Shown here piece by piece: positions 1 through 10,560 of a stretch of 64,000 bases of DNA. Source of the DNA: Deltaproteobacteria bacterium. Its GTDB lineage: Bacteria; Desulfobacterota; B13-G15; RBG-16-54-18. The position numbers and the translations under genes are program-made. The DNA lies in assembly GCA_016927065.1 (NCBI GenBank), contig JAFGNJ010000007.1:51944-115943 (forward strand), in the 5' to 3' direction. Numbering within the stretch: the stretch's first letter is position 1; every line of letters starts with the position of its first letter. The notes under the pieces were generated by a model. The model was not told the DNA's origin and did no database searches. It was given only the letters and a program-made list of their open reading frames with translations.

Positions 1-252
1 TTTTTCTTCTGCTACACCATTTTCGAAATGCATTGGACCCTCACTCTTTCCATTTGCGTCGCAACCGCGACAAACGTAAGCGGAATTGTCCAGGACTCGT
101 TCTCCGAATCACAAAGCAACTAAAAAGAATATCACAGATATCATCACAAGTATCAGATCTAAACTTTTCACTCCTGATCCATTACATCGAGCCAAAATGG
201 TATTGAACAACGCCTACCTCACTGCCCCTCTGAAAAAACATGGTTCCTCTAT

Positions 253-939
253 TTACATAATCATCTGCCTCATAATATTGGCTGCATTGCTGCGGCAGAT
301 ATCTTCGATATCCTTGTATTCAGGATTGTGGTCTCTCCCCAAGTATTCCTCCAACTGCTCAATGAGCCTCTGGGTGAAGCGCTTTTCGTATTCTCCATCC
401 AGCGCCTTCTCACCGGCCAATCTGCTTGAGCCTTGGACATCGTAGGCCCCGGCCTTGATGTTGCGACACCCGGCAGCAACTAGGAGGCGACCGAGGGGGG
501 TCGCTGCGGGCGAGATCTCCAGGGAATGCACCTGGAGACACCGCCGCGTCACTTCGTGCAGGGGACTCTCAAAGCCCCAGGCCATATCCGTAATATAAGA
601 GCACATAATCATCCCCCCTGGAGGGATGCAATTCCCAAGGATTTCAAAGAGCCCCTCGGCAAGACTGTCCTGCCCACTGAGGACCCCGGCATCTCCATTA
701 TCGAAGGCGAAACAGTCGAGATAGTGTATATCGAGCCAACCGAATATCCGGCTGCTGGGGTTGCCCTTGCTGTAGATACCGGTGACAATGGGCTCGCAAC
801 TGAGTTTCCCCTCGTTGTCTTTCAGAAAGATATCGATGTCAAAGTGTCCGACCCTGCGCCTGGGCGCACACTGGACCTGGAGGGTGAAATGGCCCAGAGC
901 GCGATCTTGCAATCCTTCGAGCTGCGGCACCTGTTGCAT
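253..939 (-). CDS. conserved hypothetical protein (228 aa)
   Basis: Long uninterrupted ORF with host-like composition. No motif I can name with confidence. The overlapping + strand ORFs 86..445 and 526..1047 look like shadow ORFs. Confidence 0.5.
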   Translation of the reverse strand: MQQVPQLEGLQDRALGHFTLQVQCAPRRRVGHFDIDIFLKDNEGKLSCEPIVTGIYSKGNPSSRIFGWLDIHYLDCFAFDNGDAGVLSGQDSLAEGLFEILGNCIPPGGMIMCSYITDMAWGFESPLHEVTRRCLQVHSLEISPAATPLGRLLVAAGCRNIKAGAYDVQGSSRLAGEKALDGEYEKRFTQRLIEQLEEYLGRDHNPEYKDIEDICRSNAANIMRQMIM

Positions 940-1024
940 GCCTCAACCCTCACACGAATTCTCCCGTCCTGTCAACCCCTTTGGATATGGACATTTAGAA
1001 AGAGTTATTGTAAGGTGATCCAGT

Positions 1025-1101
1025 CGGGATGTGGCTCAGTCTGGTAGAGCACCGCGTTCGGGACGCGGGGGTCGCTGGTTCAAATCCAGTCATCCCGACC
1101 A
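1025..1101 (+). tRNA. tRNA-Pro (anticodon CGG), CCA end encoded
   Basis: Folds as a cloverleaf by hand. Acceptor CGGGATG/CATCCCG, D arm GCTC-AGTCTGGTA-GAGC, anticodon stem CCGCG/CGCGG with loop TTCGGGA (CGG), T arm GCTGG-TTCAAAT-CCAGT, then ACCA. Confidence 0.9.
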
Positions 1102-1134
1102 TTTTTTTATCTCAAAAGTGCATCCACAAAACAT

Positions 1135-1279
1135 CCTCTCCCCAGTGGGGAGAGGACAAAGGTGAGGGGGAAGCATCATATCCACCCTCACCCCAACCCT
1201 CTCCCGCCAGCGGGAGAGGGAGAAAGTGGAGCAGTTATCACAATGCATTCCTCTCACCCTGAACTTTCTCCCCAGGAGA
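1135..1279. repeat. three related GC-rich palindromes (REP-like) between tRNA-Pro and plsY
   Basis: CCTCTCCCC-AGT-GGGGAGAGG (1135..1155), CCCTCTCCCG-CCAG-CGGGAGAGGG (1197..1220) and a weaker TCTCC-CCA-GGAGA (1267..1279). All share the CTCTCC/GGAGAG core. Confidence 0.6.
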
Positions 1280-1301
1280 GAGGGGATCAAAAGTTAACAC
1301 C

Positions 1302-1895
1302 ATGATTCTTAACATCCTCCTCATTGTCTTCGCATATCTCCTAGGCTCCATACCCACCGGCCTGCTACTCTCCAAGGCTCTGGCCGGGAAGGACCCGCGA
1401 CAACAAGGCAGCCGAAACATCGGCGCCACCAATGTCATGCGCACCGCGGGCAAGACCCTGGGTGCCGTCACCCTCATCGGCGATGTACTCAAGGGCCTCA
1501 TCCCGGTGGTCATCGCCCTGTGGCTGGGGAGGGAACAAACCTGGGTCGCCGGCGTGGGCGTGGCCGCTTTTCTGGGACACTGTTTTTCCATTTATCTCCG
1601 TTTTAAAGGGGGCAAGGGCGTGGCCACGGCTCTGGGGATTTTTCTCCCATTAGCACCTCTGGCCGTTTTCTTTGATATTTTGTTCTTTGCCGGAGTTGTT
1701 GTAGCCTGCAGGATTGTCTCGGTGGGATCTATTTTAGGGGCTGTAGCCATGCCGATCTTGATCTGGCTCGTGGGGTATCCCCTGCCCTATGTCATCTTGG
1801 GGATCTGCGTTGCCGCCCTCATCATCTACCGACACAAGGAGAACATTCAGCGTCTAATGGCGGGAGGAGAAAACAAATTCTTGGGCAAGTCATAA
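1302..1895 (+). CDS. plsY: glycerol-3-phosphate acyltransferase PlsY
   Basis: 197-aa polytopic membrane protein. N-terminus YLLGSIPTGLLLSK...SRNIGATNVMRTAG and FKGGKGVAT are PlsY hallmarks. Confidence 0.9.
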   Translation: MILNILLIVFAYLLGSIPTGLLLSKALAGKDPRQQGSRNIGATNVMRTAGKTLGAVTLIGDVLKGLIPVVIALWLGREQTWVAGVGVAAFLGHCFSIYLRFKGGKGVATALGIFLPLAPLAVFFDILFFAGVVVACRIVSVGSILGAVAMPILIWLVGYPLPYVILGICVAALIIYRHKENIQRLMAGGENKFLGKS

Positions 1896-1896
1896 C

Positions 1897-2424
1897 TTAG
1901 AGTTTCTCTAAGATCGCCCTCCTTTTTTTCTCCTTTTTTGACAACTGTCTGGCAGACCCCTTCTTTGGGGGCTCGATGAGTTCCTCTTCGTCCCATTCCT
2001 CCTCATCCTTTGCCATCCCCTCCCTATCACCGGCAAGGGCCGCCTCCATCCTGCGCTCGAAGGCATCCGATGAGATAGCAGATAACCCCGCGCGCTCGGC
2101 ATGTTCCTGTATCTCCCTATCAGAGGTCACCACCGCTCCGTACCGCACCCCCCCTACCCTGCGTTGGATCCATTCGTCGGCTGTCTCCCCCTTGCCGGTG
2201 TAGACCACCTGAATCCCCTTGTGCCTGGTGCGGGTGCTGGAGAGATTACCCCCTCCCCACCCGTCAAAAACCACGGTGATAGGGTGCCCCCGAATCTTTT
2301 TATACGCGACAAGGCGTTCGATCAGGGTCTCTCTCCCCTGCTCAAGGTTTCGGGCATCCACAAAACTCAGGGAGTCTGACTGTCTGATGAGGTTGTATCC
2401 GTCGATGATGAGTTCAAGAGGCAT
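1897..2424 (-). CDS. NYN-domain (YacP/Rae1-like) RNA-binding/ribonuclease protein
   Basis: N-terminus LIIDGYNLI...VVFDG is typical of the YacP-like NYN family. It has an acidic/basic C-terminal tail. Confidence 0.7.
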   Translation of the reverse strand: MPLELIIDGYNLIRQSDSLSFVDARNLEQGRETLIERLVAYKKIRGHPITVVFDGWGGGNLSSTRTRHKGIQVVYTGKGETADEWIQRRVGGVRYGAVVTSDREIQEHAERAGLSAISSDAFERRMEAALAGDREGMAKDEEEWDEEELIEPPKKGSARQLSKKEKKRRAILEKL

Positions 2425-2478
2425 GATCCCCCCCAGTAATACAAAAAAGCCCCTTCAAACCTTAATCACTCGTGATAA

Positions 2479-3396
2479 TCAGAGATATGAAATCCAATCC
2501 TGGTACTGATCAAGCTCCCCGTGTGCGGCCTTGAAAAAGGTGCTCTGGATCTCCTTGGTGACAGGGCCGGGCTTACCTGACCCGATCTTGCGATCGTCGA
2601 TCTCGCGCACCGGCGTGACCTCCGCCGCCGTGCCGGTAAAAAAGACCTCGTCGGCCGTGTAGAGTTCATCCCGGGTAAAGCGCTGCTCGACGATCTTCAT
2701 CCCCTTGTCCGCAATAATAGTCATGACCGATACCCGGGTGATCCCGGCCAGGACAGAGGTAAGGGGTGGGGTCTTGATGAGCCCGTTCTTCACGACAAAG
2801 ATATTCTCGCCGGTGGCCTCGGACACATAGCCGTCCGTATCGAGCATAAGGGCCTCGTCGTAGCCCCCCCGCACCGCCTCGCGCTTGGCAAGAACCGAGT
2901 TGACATAGTTGCCGCAAATCTTGGCCTTGGTCATCATGACGTTCACGTGGTGGCGGCTATAGGACGAGGTCTTGACCCTGGTCCCTTGCTGCAGGGCCTC
3001 TTCCCCGAGATAGGCCCCCCACTTCCAGGTGATAATGGCCACCCTGATGGGGTTGTCCTGTGGATGCACCCCCATGGCGCCATCTCCGATAAAGACCAGG
3101 GGGCGAATATACCCTTCCTTGAGACCATTCACCCGCAGGGTATCTTTACACGCCTCGATAAGCTCCTCCGGCGCAAAAGGGATTTCGATCTCGGCGATGT
3201 GGGCCGAGTCAAAGAGTCGATGGATATGCTCGGGAAGCCGGAAGACCCCGGAACGGCCGTCTGGGCACTGGTAACAGCGAATCCCTTCAAAAACGCCCAT
3301 ACCGTAGTGCAGTGTATGGGTGAGGATGTGCACCTTCGCCTCATCCCAGTGGATGAGCTCTCCATCCATCCATATCTTGTTCACCTTCTCTACCAT
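2479..3396 (-). CDS. ilvE: branched-chain amino acid aminotransferase
   Basis: IWMDGELIHWDEAKVHILTHTLHYGMGVFEGIR and the rest are IlvE-like (class IV aminotransferase). The ORF opens at GTG 3417, but ATG 3396 follows a GAGGAGG Shine-Dalgarno, so the start is uncertain. Confidence 0.9.
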   Translation of the reverse strand: MVEKVNKIWMDGELIHWDEAKVHILTHTLHYGMGVFEGIRCYQCPDGRSGVFRLPEHIHRLFDSAHIAEIEIPFAPEELIEACKDTLRVNGLKEGYIRPLVFIGDGAMGVHPQDNPIRVAIITWKWGAYLGEEALQQGTRVKTSSYSRHHVNVMMTKAKICGNYVNSVLAKREAVRGGYDEALMLDTDGYVSEATGENIFVVKNGLIKTPPLTSVLAGITRVSVMTIIADKGMKIVEQRFTRDELYTADEVFFTGTAAEVTPVREIDDRKIGSGKPGPVTKEIQSTFFKAAHGELDQYQDWISYL

Positions 3397-3426
3397 ACCG
3401 CTACTCTGCCTCCTCACCCTGTAAGA

Positions 3427-3837
3427 TCACGTTCTTACTTCTTCCTTACTGATCCGGTCCAATATGCCGTTGATAAACGCCCCTGATTCCTCGGTGCCGA
3501 ATTTCTTGCCGAGGTCAATGGCCTCGTTCAGAGCCACCTTGACGGGGATGTCATCACAATACTGAAGCTCATAAACTCCCATTCTGAGAATACTTTTATC
3601 CACCCGGTCCATGCGATCCAAACGCCAGTGCTCGGCATATCTCTTGATCACCGCGTCGATCTCCTCACGGTATTGTTGAACCCCTTCGACTATCCTGGCC
3701 GCAAACTCCTTGACCGGCCCCGATGGGGAAACTGTTTGCCAAAAGAGCTTCAGTGCCTCCTGATGATCAAGGGGGTTGACCTCCAACTGATAGAGTATCT
3801 GCAGCGCAATCTCCCTGGCCTTGCGTCTCGTGCCCAA
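3427..3837 (-). CDS. nusB: transcription antitermination factor NusB
   Basis: 136 aa, RRKAREIALQILYQ N-terminus, and the classical position downstream of ribH. Confidence 0.9.
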   Translation of the reverse strand: MGTRRKAREIALQILYQLEVNPLDHQEALKLFWQTVSPSGPVKEFAARIVEGVQQYREEIDAVIKRYAEHWRLDRMDRVDKSILRMGVYELQYCDDIPVKVALNEAIDLGKKFGTEESGAFINGILDRISKEEVRT

Positions 3838-3865
3838 CGAAAGCCCATCTCTCAGCTAGCAGGTC

Positions 3866-4351
3866 TCAAGCCTTTTTGCCGCCCAGTGTTCGATAGAGGT
3901 TCGCCATCTCGATGGCTGACAAGGCCGCATCCCACCCCTTGTTGCCGACCTTGGTCCCCGCACGCTCAATGGCCTGCTCGATGGTGTCGGTCGTAATAAC
4001 CCCAAAGGCAATGGGAATGGCGCTCTGCAGCGATAGCTGGGCGATCCCTTTGGTTACCTCGGCGCTGATATAGCTAAAGTGGGGGGTGGCCCCCCTAATA
4101 ACCGCCCCGAGGCAGATGATGGCGTCGTACTTATTGCGCTCCACCAGTTGCCTGACCACCGCCGGGATCTCAAAGGAACCGGGGGTCCGGTATATCTCGA
4201 CGGCGTCCTCGTCGGCACCGTGTCTGCTCAGGGCATCTAACGCCCCCTCTAAGAGCCGCTCGGTGATAAAGTTATTGAAGCGGCTCACCACGATTCCAAA
4301 GCGCAGCCCATCTGCCTTGATCTTTCCCTCTATGATCTTCGCCATACTCAC
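3866..4351 (-). CDS. ribH: 6,7-dimethyl-8-ribityllumazine synthase
   Basis: FGIVVSRFN...ITERLLEGA...VPGSFEIP-type signature, 161 aa. Confidence 0.92.
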   Translation of the reverse strand: MSMAKIIEGKIKADGLRFGIVVSRFNNFITERLLEGALDALSRHGADEDAVEIYRTPGSFEIPAVVRQLVERNKYDAIICLGAVIRGATPHFSYISAEVTKGIAQLSLQSAIPIAFGVITTDTIEQAIERAGTKVGNKGWDAALSAIEMANLYRTLGGKKA

Positions 4352-5556
4352 GCTCCTTCTATCTTCAGGACATGCCCCAACTTCTTTTGTTTGGTCTTCA
4401 GGTAGCTGAGATTCTCCTGGCGGGGGGTAACCTCTATGGGCACCCGTTCCACTACTTCAATGCCGTACCCCTCCAGGCCGATGATCTTCTTGGGGTTATT
4501 GGTCATGAGACGAATTTTATGCAGTCCCAAATCTGCCAAGATCTGTGCCCCGATACCGTAGTCCCGCAGGTCCGGTTCAAACCCCAACTCCTCGTTGGCC
4601 TCCACCGTGTCCTTGCCGTGCTCCTGGAGACAGTAGGCCTTGAACTTGTTGGCCAGGCCGATTCCCCGTCCTTCCTGTCGCATATACAGAAGGACACCTT
4701 TGCCTTCTTTGTCGATCATATGCATAGCAGTATGCAACTGTTCTCCGCAGTCGCAGCGAAGTGAACCAAATGTATCCCCGGTGAGACACTCGGAGTGAAC
4801 CCGCACCAGGACCGCATCTGTGGAGCCGATCTCACCCTTGACCAGCGCAAGGTGATGGTGGGGATCAACGTCGTTCTCGTAGAGTATCCCCATGAACTCT
4901 CCGCCATACTCGGTGGGGAGTGTTACGGTGGCCAGCCGCCGCACGAGGGATTCGTTATGCAGCCGATATTTTATGAGATCGGCGACAGTCACAATCTTGA
5001 GCCCGTGCTGCTTGGCAAACGCTTCCAGATCAGGCATGCGGGCCATCGAGCCATCCTCGTTCATGATCTCGCAGATCACCCCTGCAAACTTGAGCCCGGC
5101 GAGGCGGGCGAGGTCCACCGATCCCTCCGTCTGTCCTGTCCGCACCAGTACGCCCCCTTGTTTCGCCCTGAGGGGAAAGATATGCCCCGGCCGAACCAAG
5201 TCCTCGGGCTTGGCATCTGCGGCGATGGCCGCCTGGATGGTGGCCGCCCGATCGGCAGCGGAGATCCCCGTGGTCACCCCGTGGCGGGCATCAATTGAGA
5301 CGGTGAAGGCCGTGCCGAAGCTTGCGGTATTCTCATGGACCATCATAGGGAGCTTGAGCCGCTTTACCTGCTCCTCGGTCAGAGAAAGGCAGATAAGCCC
5401 TCTCCCGTACTTGGCCATGAAGTTAATGGCCTCGGGAGTAACCAGCTCAGCGGCCATGGTTAAGTCGCCCTCGTTCTCCCGATCCTCGTCGTCCACGAGG
5501 ATAACCATTCGCCCCGCCTTAATATCCTCTATGGCTTCTTTAATGGTGCTGACCAC
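4348..5556 (-). CDS. ribBA: bifunctional 3,4-dihydroxy-2-butanone-4-phosphate synthase / GTP cyclohydrolase II
   Basis: [11 protein letters not shown] (DHBP synthase) and a C-terminal [10 protein letters not shown]...CDCG...EGRGIGL (GCH II). 4-nt overlap with ribH. Confidence 0.92.
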   Translation of the reverse strand: MVSTIKEAIEDIKAGRMVILVDDEDRENEGDLTMAAELVTPEAINFMAKYGRGLICLSLTEEQVKRLKLPMMVHENTASFGTAFTVSIDARHGVTTGISAADRAATIQAAIAADAKPEDLVRPGHIFPLRAKQGGVLVRTGQTEGSVDLARLAGLKFAGVICEIMNEDGSMARMPDLEAFAKQHGLKIVTVADLIKYRLHNESLVRRLATVTLPTEYGGEFMGILYENDVDPHHHLALVKGEIGSTDAVLVRVHSECLTGDTFGSLRCDCGEQLHTAMHMIDKEGKGVLLYMRQEGRGIGLANKFKAYCLQEHGKDTVEANEELGFEPDLRDYGIGAQILADLGLHKIRLMTNNPKKIIGLEGYGIEVVERVPIEVTPRQENLSYLKTKQKKLGHVLKIEGA

Positions 5557-5590
5557 TGTCCATCCTCTTATTCTCTAAGCAAAATAATCA

Positions 5591-6241
5591 TTATTCACGG
5601 TAAAATCCATGTTCAGCCAAAAACCTCTCGTCGATCCCCCCTGAACTATCTACCCCTTTTTCTAAAAACCGCTTCACGTATTTGCCGATGATATCCACCT
5701 CAATATTCACGTGATCACCGGCCCGTTTCTTTCCCAGGGTGGTACTCTCGGCAGTATAGGGGATAATAGTTACGGTAAACGTATCCCCTCGCAACCCACT
5801 GACGGTAAGGCTAACTCCGTCCACCGCTACGGAGCCTTTCTCCACGAGGTAGGAAGCAAGCCCACGTGGTACTGTGATGGTCATGTCAAGCGAACCAGCG
5901 CCCCTACAGACCTCAACAACTGGGCCCGTTGCATCCACATGACCCGTTACCAGGTGTCCACCCAGGCGGTCGCTCATCCGCAAGGCCCGCTCCAGGTTGA
6001 CCTCATCACCGGGCCTGAGGGATCCCACGGTTGTCCTCACGAGGGTCTCAGGGGAGACATCTGCCTGAAATTCTGTCGGTGCCAAAGCACTCACCGTTAG
6101 GCAGGCCCCGTTGACACAAATACTATCACCCACCATCATATCTGTCAACGCAGCTGGGGTGGAGATTGACAACACAAGCAGATCCCCTCTGCGCTGCGTC
6201 TGCGTTACTTTTCCAATCCCCTCAACGATCCCGGTGAACAC
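5591..6241 (-). CDS. ribE: riboflavin synthase alpha chain
   Basis: The canonical N-terminus (V)[11 protein letters not shown] begins at GTG 6241. The upstream extension of the ORF to 6325 would run through nrdR. The lumazine-binding repeat is duplicated. Confidence 0.85.
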   Translation of the reverse strand: MFTGIVEGIGKVTQTQRRGDLLVLSISTPAALTDMMVGDSICVNGACLTVSALAPTEFQADVSPETLVRTTVGSLRPGDEVNLERALRMSDRLGGHLVTGHVDATGPVVEVCRGAGSLDMTITVPRGLASYLVEKGSVAVDGVSLTVSGLRGDTFTVTIIPYTAESTTLGKKRAGDHVNIEVDIIGKYVKRFLEKGVDSSGGIDERFLAEHGFYRE

Positions 6242-6704
6242 CTTTCCGTTCCCTGCGCTCGAGGAGCCCCTTGAGCTCACCCATAAATTGATTGATATCC
6301 TTGAACTGACGATAAACCGAAGCAAATCTCACGTAGGCCACCTCGTCAAGTTCGTGCAGCTCCTCCATGATCCGCTCTCCAATCTCGCTGGAAGGAATCT
6401 CTCTTCCACCCCGCTCCTGAGTCCAGATCTCGATCCGCTCCACAACCCGTTCAAGACTATCCATACTCACCGGCCTTTTTTCACAGGCCTTCCTGAGACC
6501 GAGCATGATCTTATCACGGTCGAAGGGTTCTCGCCGACCATCGTGCTTCACCACCAACGGAAGGACTTCGGCTACTCGCTCGTAGGTGGTGAATCTGCGG
6601 TTGCAGTCATCACAGACACGGCGGCGGCGTGTCTCATCCCCCTCCTTACTCAGGCGGCTATCGATCACCCGATTGCTGAGGCTGGAACAATACGGGCACC
6701 GCAT
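6222..6704 (-). CDS. nrdR: transcriptional repressor NrdR
   Basis: MRCPYC...CxxC zinc ribbon followed by an ATP-cone, 160 aa. Confidence 0.92.
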   Translation of the reverse strand: MRCPYCSSLSNRVIDSRLSKEGDETRRRRVCDDCNRRFTTYERVAEVLPLVVKHDGRREPFDRDKIMLGLRKACEKRPVSMDSLERVVERIEIWTQERGGREIPSSEIGERIMEELHELDEVAYVRFASVYRQFKDINQFMGELKGLLERRERKGVHRDR

Positions 6705-7187
6705 CTATTGCCTCTTCCGTATTTTTTTTGGCTGCAATCGTTCCGGTTGAAACTGCTCTACGATCACGCTGGACTCCTCCCACATCTGCTGGGCCAAGGG
6801 GTCGGCATACCCCTCCTCAAAAACCACACGCTGGATCCCGGCGTTAATAAGCATCTTGGTACAAATGATACAGGGGAGATTGGTGCAGTAGAGGGTGGCC
6901 CCGTTGATGGAAACCCCGTAATAGGCGGCCTGAATAATGGCGTTCTGCTCGGCATGCAACCCCCGGCAGAGTTCGTGTCGTTCTCCCGATGGTATCTTCA
7001 GCTCATCTCGCAGGCAACCGACGTCGAGACAATGCGGCAGACCCGAGGGGGCACCATTGTACCCGGTGGCCAGAATCTTCTTATCCTTAACAAGGACGGC
7101 TCCTACCTGCCGTCTGAGACAGGTGGACCTGCTGACCACCAACCGGGCGATCTCTATGAAATACTCATCCCAACTTGGACGTGCCAT
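6705..7187 (-). CDS. deoxycytidylate (dCMP) deaminase family protein
   Basis: WDEYF...GYNG...HAEQNAI...[14 protein letters not shown] zinc-deaminase motifs. At 160 aa it is too short for RibD and has no reductase domain. Confidence 0.85.
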   Translation of the reverse strand: MARPSWDEYFIEIARLVVSRSTCLRRQVGAVLVKDKKILATGYNGAPSGLPHCLDVGCLRDELKIPSGERHELCRGLHAEQNAIIQAAYYGVSINGATLYCTNLPCIICTKMLINAGIQRVVFEEGYADPLAQQMWEESSVIVEQFQPERLQPKKIRKRQ

Positions 7188-8453
7188 CTAATCGTTGGAA
7201 AGTCTATCCTGATAAAAGGGGAACTCCCGGCAGAGCTCTTCTGCCTGCTGGGCCACGCGCTTTTGCACTGCAGGATCAGGATAGCTGTCGAGGACCTCGG
7301 TGATGAAAGAGGCAATCAGGGCCATCTCTTTGTCCCGCATCCCCCGCGTGGTTACGATGGGGGCACCGATCCTGATCCCGCTGGTAACCATAGGGGTACG
7401 TTGGTCGAAGGGGATCATATTCTTGTTCACGGTGATCCCGGCCAGTCCCAGCGCATCCTCCGCCTCTTTGCCGGTAATCCCCTTGTTGATCAGGTCGATG
7501 AGGATAAGATGATTGTCGGTTCCCCCGGAGACAATCTTAAACCCATGTTTCTGCAACTCTTGAGCCAGGACCTTGACGTTGCGCACCATCTGCCGCTGGT
7601 AGGCCTTGAACTCTTTGGTCATGGCCTCTTTGAAACAAACCCCCTTAGCAGCTATCACGTGCATGAGAGGCCCCCCCTGGATGCCGGGGAAGATACTCTC
7701 GTCAATGCGTTCGCTGAATTCCGCTTGGCACAAAATAAAGCCGCCGCGAGGACCTCGCAGGGTTTTATGCGTCGTGGAGGTTACAAAGTGGGCGTGGGGA
7801 ACAGGCGAGGGGTGGATGCCAGCGGCGATAAGTCCGGCGATGTGGGCCATGTCCGCCATCAGGTATGCCCCTACCTCATCGGCGATCTCCCGAAAGCGCT
7901 TAAAGTCAATGATCCGGGGATAGGAACTCGCCCCGGCGATGATCAGTTGAGGCCGTATCTTTTTGGCTACGGAGAGGACCTCGTCATAATCAAGGCATTC
8001 CGTCTCCCTGGCCACACCGTAAAAGGCCGTCTTATAAAGCTTACCCGAAAAGCTGGCAGGGGAACCATGACTCAGATGTCCCCCATGGGAGAGGTCCATG
8101 CCCAGGATGGTTGCGCCGGGGCGCAAAACGGCTAAACAGACCCCCATATTGGCCGACGTCCCGGAGTGGGGTTGGACATTGGCGTGATCGGCGCCGAAGA
8201 GCTTTTTGGCCCGCTCGATAGCAAACCGTTCCACCACATCCACATACTCACAACCACCGTAATATCTCTTGCCGGGATATCCCTCGGCATACTTATTAGT
8301 GAGGATCCCCCCCTGGGCCTCCAGGACCGCGTTGCTGGTGTAGTTCTCCGAGGCGATCAGCTCTATCTTGTTCTCCTGGCGAAGGATCTCGCGCACAATG
8401 GCCTCCGCCATCTCCGGGTCAACCTCATGGAGGGCCGACTTCAGCTTGTTCAC
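7188..8453 (-). CDS. glyA: serine hydroxymethyltransferase
   Basis: LIASENYTS...[12 protein letters not shown] signature, 421 aa. Confidence 0.95.
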   Translation of the reverse strand: MNKLKSALHEVDPEMAEAIVREILRQENKIELIASENYTSNAVLEAQGGILTNKYAEGYPGKRYYGGCEYVDVVERFAIERAKKLFGADHANVQPHSGTSANMGVCLAVLRPGATILGMDLSHGGHLSHGSPASFSGKLYKTAFYGVARETECLDYDEVLSVAKKIRPQLIIAGASSYPRIIDFKRFREIADEVGAYLMADMAHIAGLIAAGIHPSPVPHAHFVTSTTHKTLRGPRGGFILCQAEFSERIDESIFPGIQGGPLMHVIAAKGVCFKEAMTKEFKAYQRQMVRNVKVLAQELQKHGFKIVSGGTDNHLILIDLINKGITGKEAEDALGLAGITVNKNMIPFDQRTPMVTSGIRIGAPIVTTRGMRDKEMALIASFITEVLDSYPDPAVQKRVAQQAEELCREFPFYQDRLSND

Positions 8454-8902
8454 ACGCGGAAATTCCTCCTCTCAACGGCCTCGATCTTTTCGAGTCTCTT
8501 GAGGTGCCTACCCCCTTGAAACTCAGCCTCTAACCATGCCTTTACTATCTCTTGGGCCAACCCGAGTCCAACAATCCTTCCACCCATGACCAGGATATTG
8601 GCGTTGTTGTGTTCCCTCGCCATGCGGGCTGCGTAGACGTGGCTGACCAGGGCCGCACGCACCCCGGGGAATTTGTTGGCGACAATGCTCATACCGATTC
8701 CGGTGCCACAGATAAGTATCCCCCTCTCTACCTCACCGGACGATACCTTCTGGGCAACCGCTTGGCCGAAATCAGGATAGTCAACTGTATTCTCATCGAA
8801 ACACCCAAGGTCCTCCACCTCGTATCCCAGCTCCCTTACAAAGGTCACCAGGTCTGCCTTAAGACGGAATCCCCCGTGATCACTCGCCATAGCCGTCAGC
8901 AT
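8450..8902 (-). CDS. rpiB: ribose-5-phosphate isomerase B
   Basis: [10 protein letters not shown]...[17 protein letters not shown] signature. ATG 8902 lies 6 nt after a GAGGGG SD at the fabF stop, and the ORF could also open at 8914. Confidence 0.9.
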   Translation of the reverse strand: MLTAMASDHGGFRLKADLVTFVRELGYEVEDLGCFDENTVDYPDFGQAVAQKVSSGEVERGILICGTGIGMSIVANKFPGVRAALVSHVYAARMAREHNNANILVMGGRIVGLGLAQEIVKAWLEAEFQGGRHLKRLEKIEAVERRNFRV

Positions 8903-8903
8903 C

Positions 8904-10145
8904 TTACCCCTCATATCTTTTGAAGACTAATGTTGCGTTGGTACCGCCAAAGCCGAATGCGTTTGAGATAACCACCTTCACGTCTCCTTCCCTCGCTGTG
9001 TTGGGGACATAGTCCAGATCACAACGAGGGTCGGGGTTTTCATAGTTGGTGGTAGGAGGGATAATCCGGTCCCTGATAGCAAGGGCGGAAAAAACAGCCT
9101 CGGTACTCCCCGCAGCCCCCAAGAGGTGTCCGGTCATCGACTTGGTGGAACTGACGGGGATCTTATATGCGTAATCCCCGAAGACCCGCTTAATAGCCAC
9201 CGTCTCCGTTATGTCGTTGAGCTCCGTGGAGGTTCCATGGGCGTTTATATAGTCGATCTCTTCCGGGGAGAGCTTAGCATCGTGTAGGGCCATCTGCATA
9301 CACCGCGTCGCCCCATCCCCGTCAGGATCAGGGGCCGCGAGGTGATAGGCATCGGCACTATACCCATAACCGATCAACTCTGCATAGATCTTTGCCCCTC
9401 TTGCGCGGGCATGCTCGAGCTCTTCCAGGATGGTGATGCCGGCGCCCTCACCCATTACGAAGCCGTCCCGATCTCGTTCAAAAGGACGGCTGGCCCTCTC
9501 GGGTTCGTCGTTCCTTGTGGAAATGGCCTTCATGGAGTTAAAGCCCGCCACAGCCAGGGGGGTAATGGTAGCCTCTACGCCGCCGGCTATAATGGCATCG
9601 GCATCACCGTATTGGATGCACCGAAATGCACTACCGATGGAATGGGCGCCGGTGGCGCAGGCCGTGACAACACAGAGATTAGGCCCCTTGACGCCGAGGT
9701 GGATGGCAATCTGCCCTGAGGCCTCGTTGGCAATGATCATGGGGATGAAGAACGGGCTAACCCTCTGTGGTCCACGTTCGAGGAGAACCCTGTGGTACTT
9801 CTCAATATTCGTCAATCCCCCAAGGCCGGTACCGACGATGGCGCCGATCCGTTCGGCGTTATTGTCGGAGATCTCCAGGCCGGCATCATCCAGCGCAATA
9901 CGCGTCGCCGCCAAGGCATAGTGGATGAAGAGATCCATTTTCTTGATCTCCTTCGGCTCAATATAGTCTTCAGCTCGAAAACCTTTTACCTCGGCAGCAA
10001 TCTTGGTCTCGAAACCTGTGGTATCAAACTTGGTTATAGGGCCAACCCCGGAAACCCCCTTGCATATCTTTTCCCACACCGGGTCTATACCTACCCCCTG
10101 CGGGAGTACGAGGCCAACTCCGGTAACGACCACTCTCTTACTCAC
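8904..10145 (-). CDS. fabF: beta-ketoacyl-ACP synthase II
   Basis: RVVVTGVG...ACATG (active-site Cys)...NAHGTST...FGFGGTN, 413 aa. Confidence 0.93.
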   Translation of the reverse strand: MSKRVVVTGVGLVLPQGVGIDPVWEKICKGVSGVGPITKFDTTGFETKIAAEVKGFRAEDYIEPKEIKKMDLFIHYALAATRIALDDAGLEISDNNAERIGAIVGTGLGGLTNIEKYHRVLLERGPQRVSPFFIPMIIANEASGQIAIHLGVKGPNLCVVTACATGAHSIGSAFRCIQYGDADAIIAGGVEATITPLAVAGFNSMKAISTRNDEPERASRPFERDRDGFVMGEGAGITILEELEHARARGAKIYAELIGYGYSADAYHLAAPDPDGDGATRCMQMALHDAKLSPEEIDYINAHGTSTELNDITETVAIKRVFGDYAYKIPVSSTKSMTGHLLGAAGSTEAVFSALAIRDRIIPPTTNYENPDPRCDLDYVPNTAREGDVKVVISNAFGFGGTNATLVFKRYEG

Positions 10146-10231
10146 ATAATCACCTCAGTCTTATTAATACGCCTCCTCTCTATATCACAATGCCGTGGTA
10201 GTCTACTCTAACACTGTATGATGGGCAGCGG

Positions 10232-10260
10232 TGGAAAAAGAGAGGAGGGTATAACCTCCT
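10232..10260 (-). terminator. possible intrinsic terminator/attenuator between acpP and fabF
   Basis: On the minus strand, AGGAGG-TTATAC-CCTCCT is followed by CTCTTTTT immediately after the acpP stop. Confidence 0.4.
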
Positions 10261-10267
10261 TTTGTAA

Positions 10268-10498
10268 TCAAGTGCGTTCCTGGATGTACTTCAAGGCATC
10301 GCCGACGGTCACAATCTTCTCGGCATCTTCATCTGGTATCTCTATTCCGTACTCGTCCTCCAAAGCCATCACCAGTTCGACGAGGTCCAGGGAATCGGCA
10401 CCCAAATCATCGATGAACTTGGCCTCGGGAACCACCTCACTTTCACTAACTCCAAGCTGCTGCACAATCAGTTCTTTAACCTTTGCCTCCAGAGACAT
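10268..10498 (-). CDS. acpP: acyl carrier protein
   Basis: 76 aa with the [17 protein letters not shown] phosphopantetheine-attachment motif. Confidence 0.95.
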   Translation of the reverse strand: MSLEAKVKELIVQQLGVSESEVVPEAKFIDDLGADSLDLVELVMALEDEYGIEIPDEDAEKIVTVGDALKYIQERT

Positions 10499-10560
10499 CG
10501 AGTACTACCTCCTTTTGTTAGTTTTTTCTTATTCAAACCTATCAGGTAAGGGAAATATTT

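Noticed and set aside
86-1047. + strand ORFs 86..445, 526..1047 and 782..1018 overlapping the 228-aa minus-strand ORF.
   Set aside because: They are mutually overlapping with no SD or motif support. The minus-strand ORF is the longest and looks the most protein-like. ORF 526..1047 also runs into the tRNA-Pro gene.
1029-1290. ORFs 1029..1262 (+) and 1090..1290 (-) in the tRNA-plsY spacer.
   Set aside because: One starts inside tRNA-Pro, and both simply read through the GC-rich palindromic repeats. The SP..GEG-type peptides are repeat artefacts.
6111-8135. A very long (674 aa) + strand ORF spanning ribE, nrdR, the dCMP deaminase gene and glyA.
   Set aside because: It is antisense to four confidently identified minus-strand genes. 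Its translation is low-complexity, with no recognisable motif. This is a typical shadow ORF produced by codon bias on the opposite strand.
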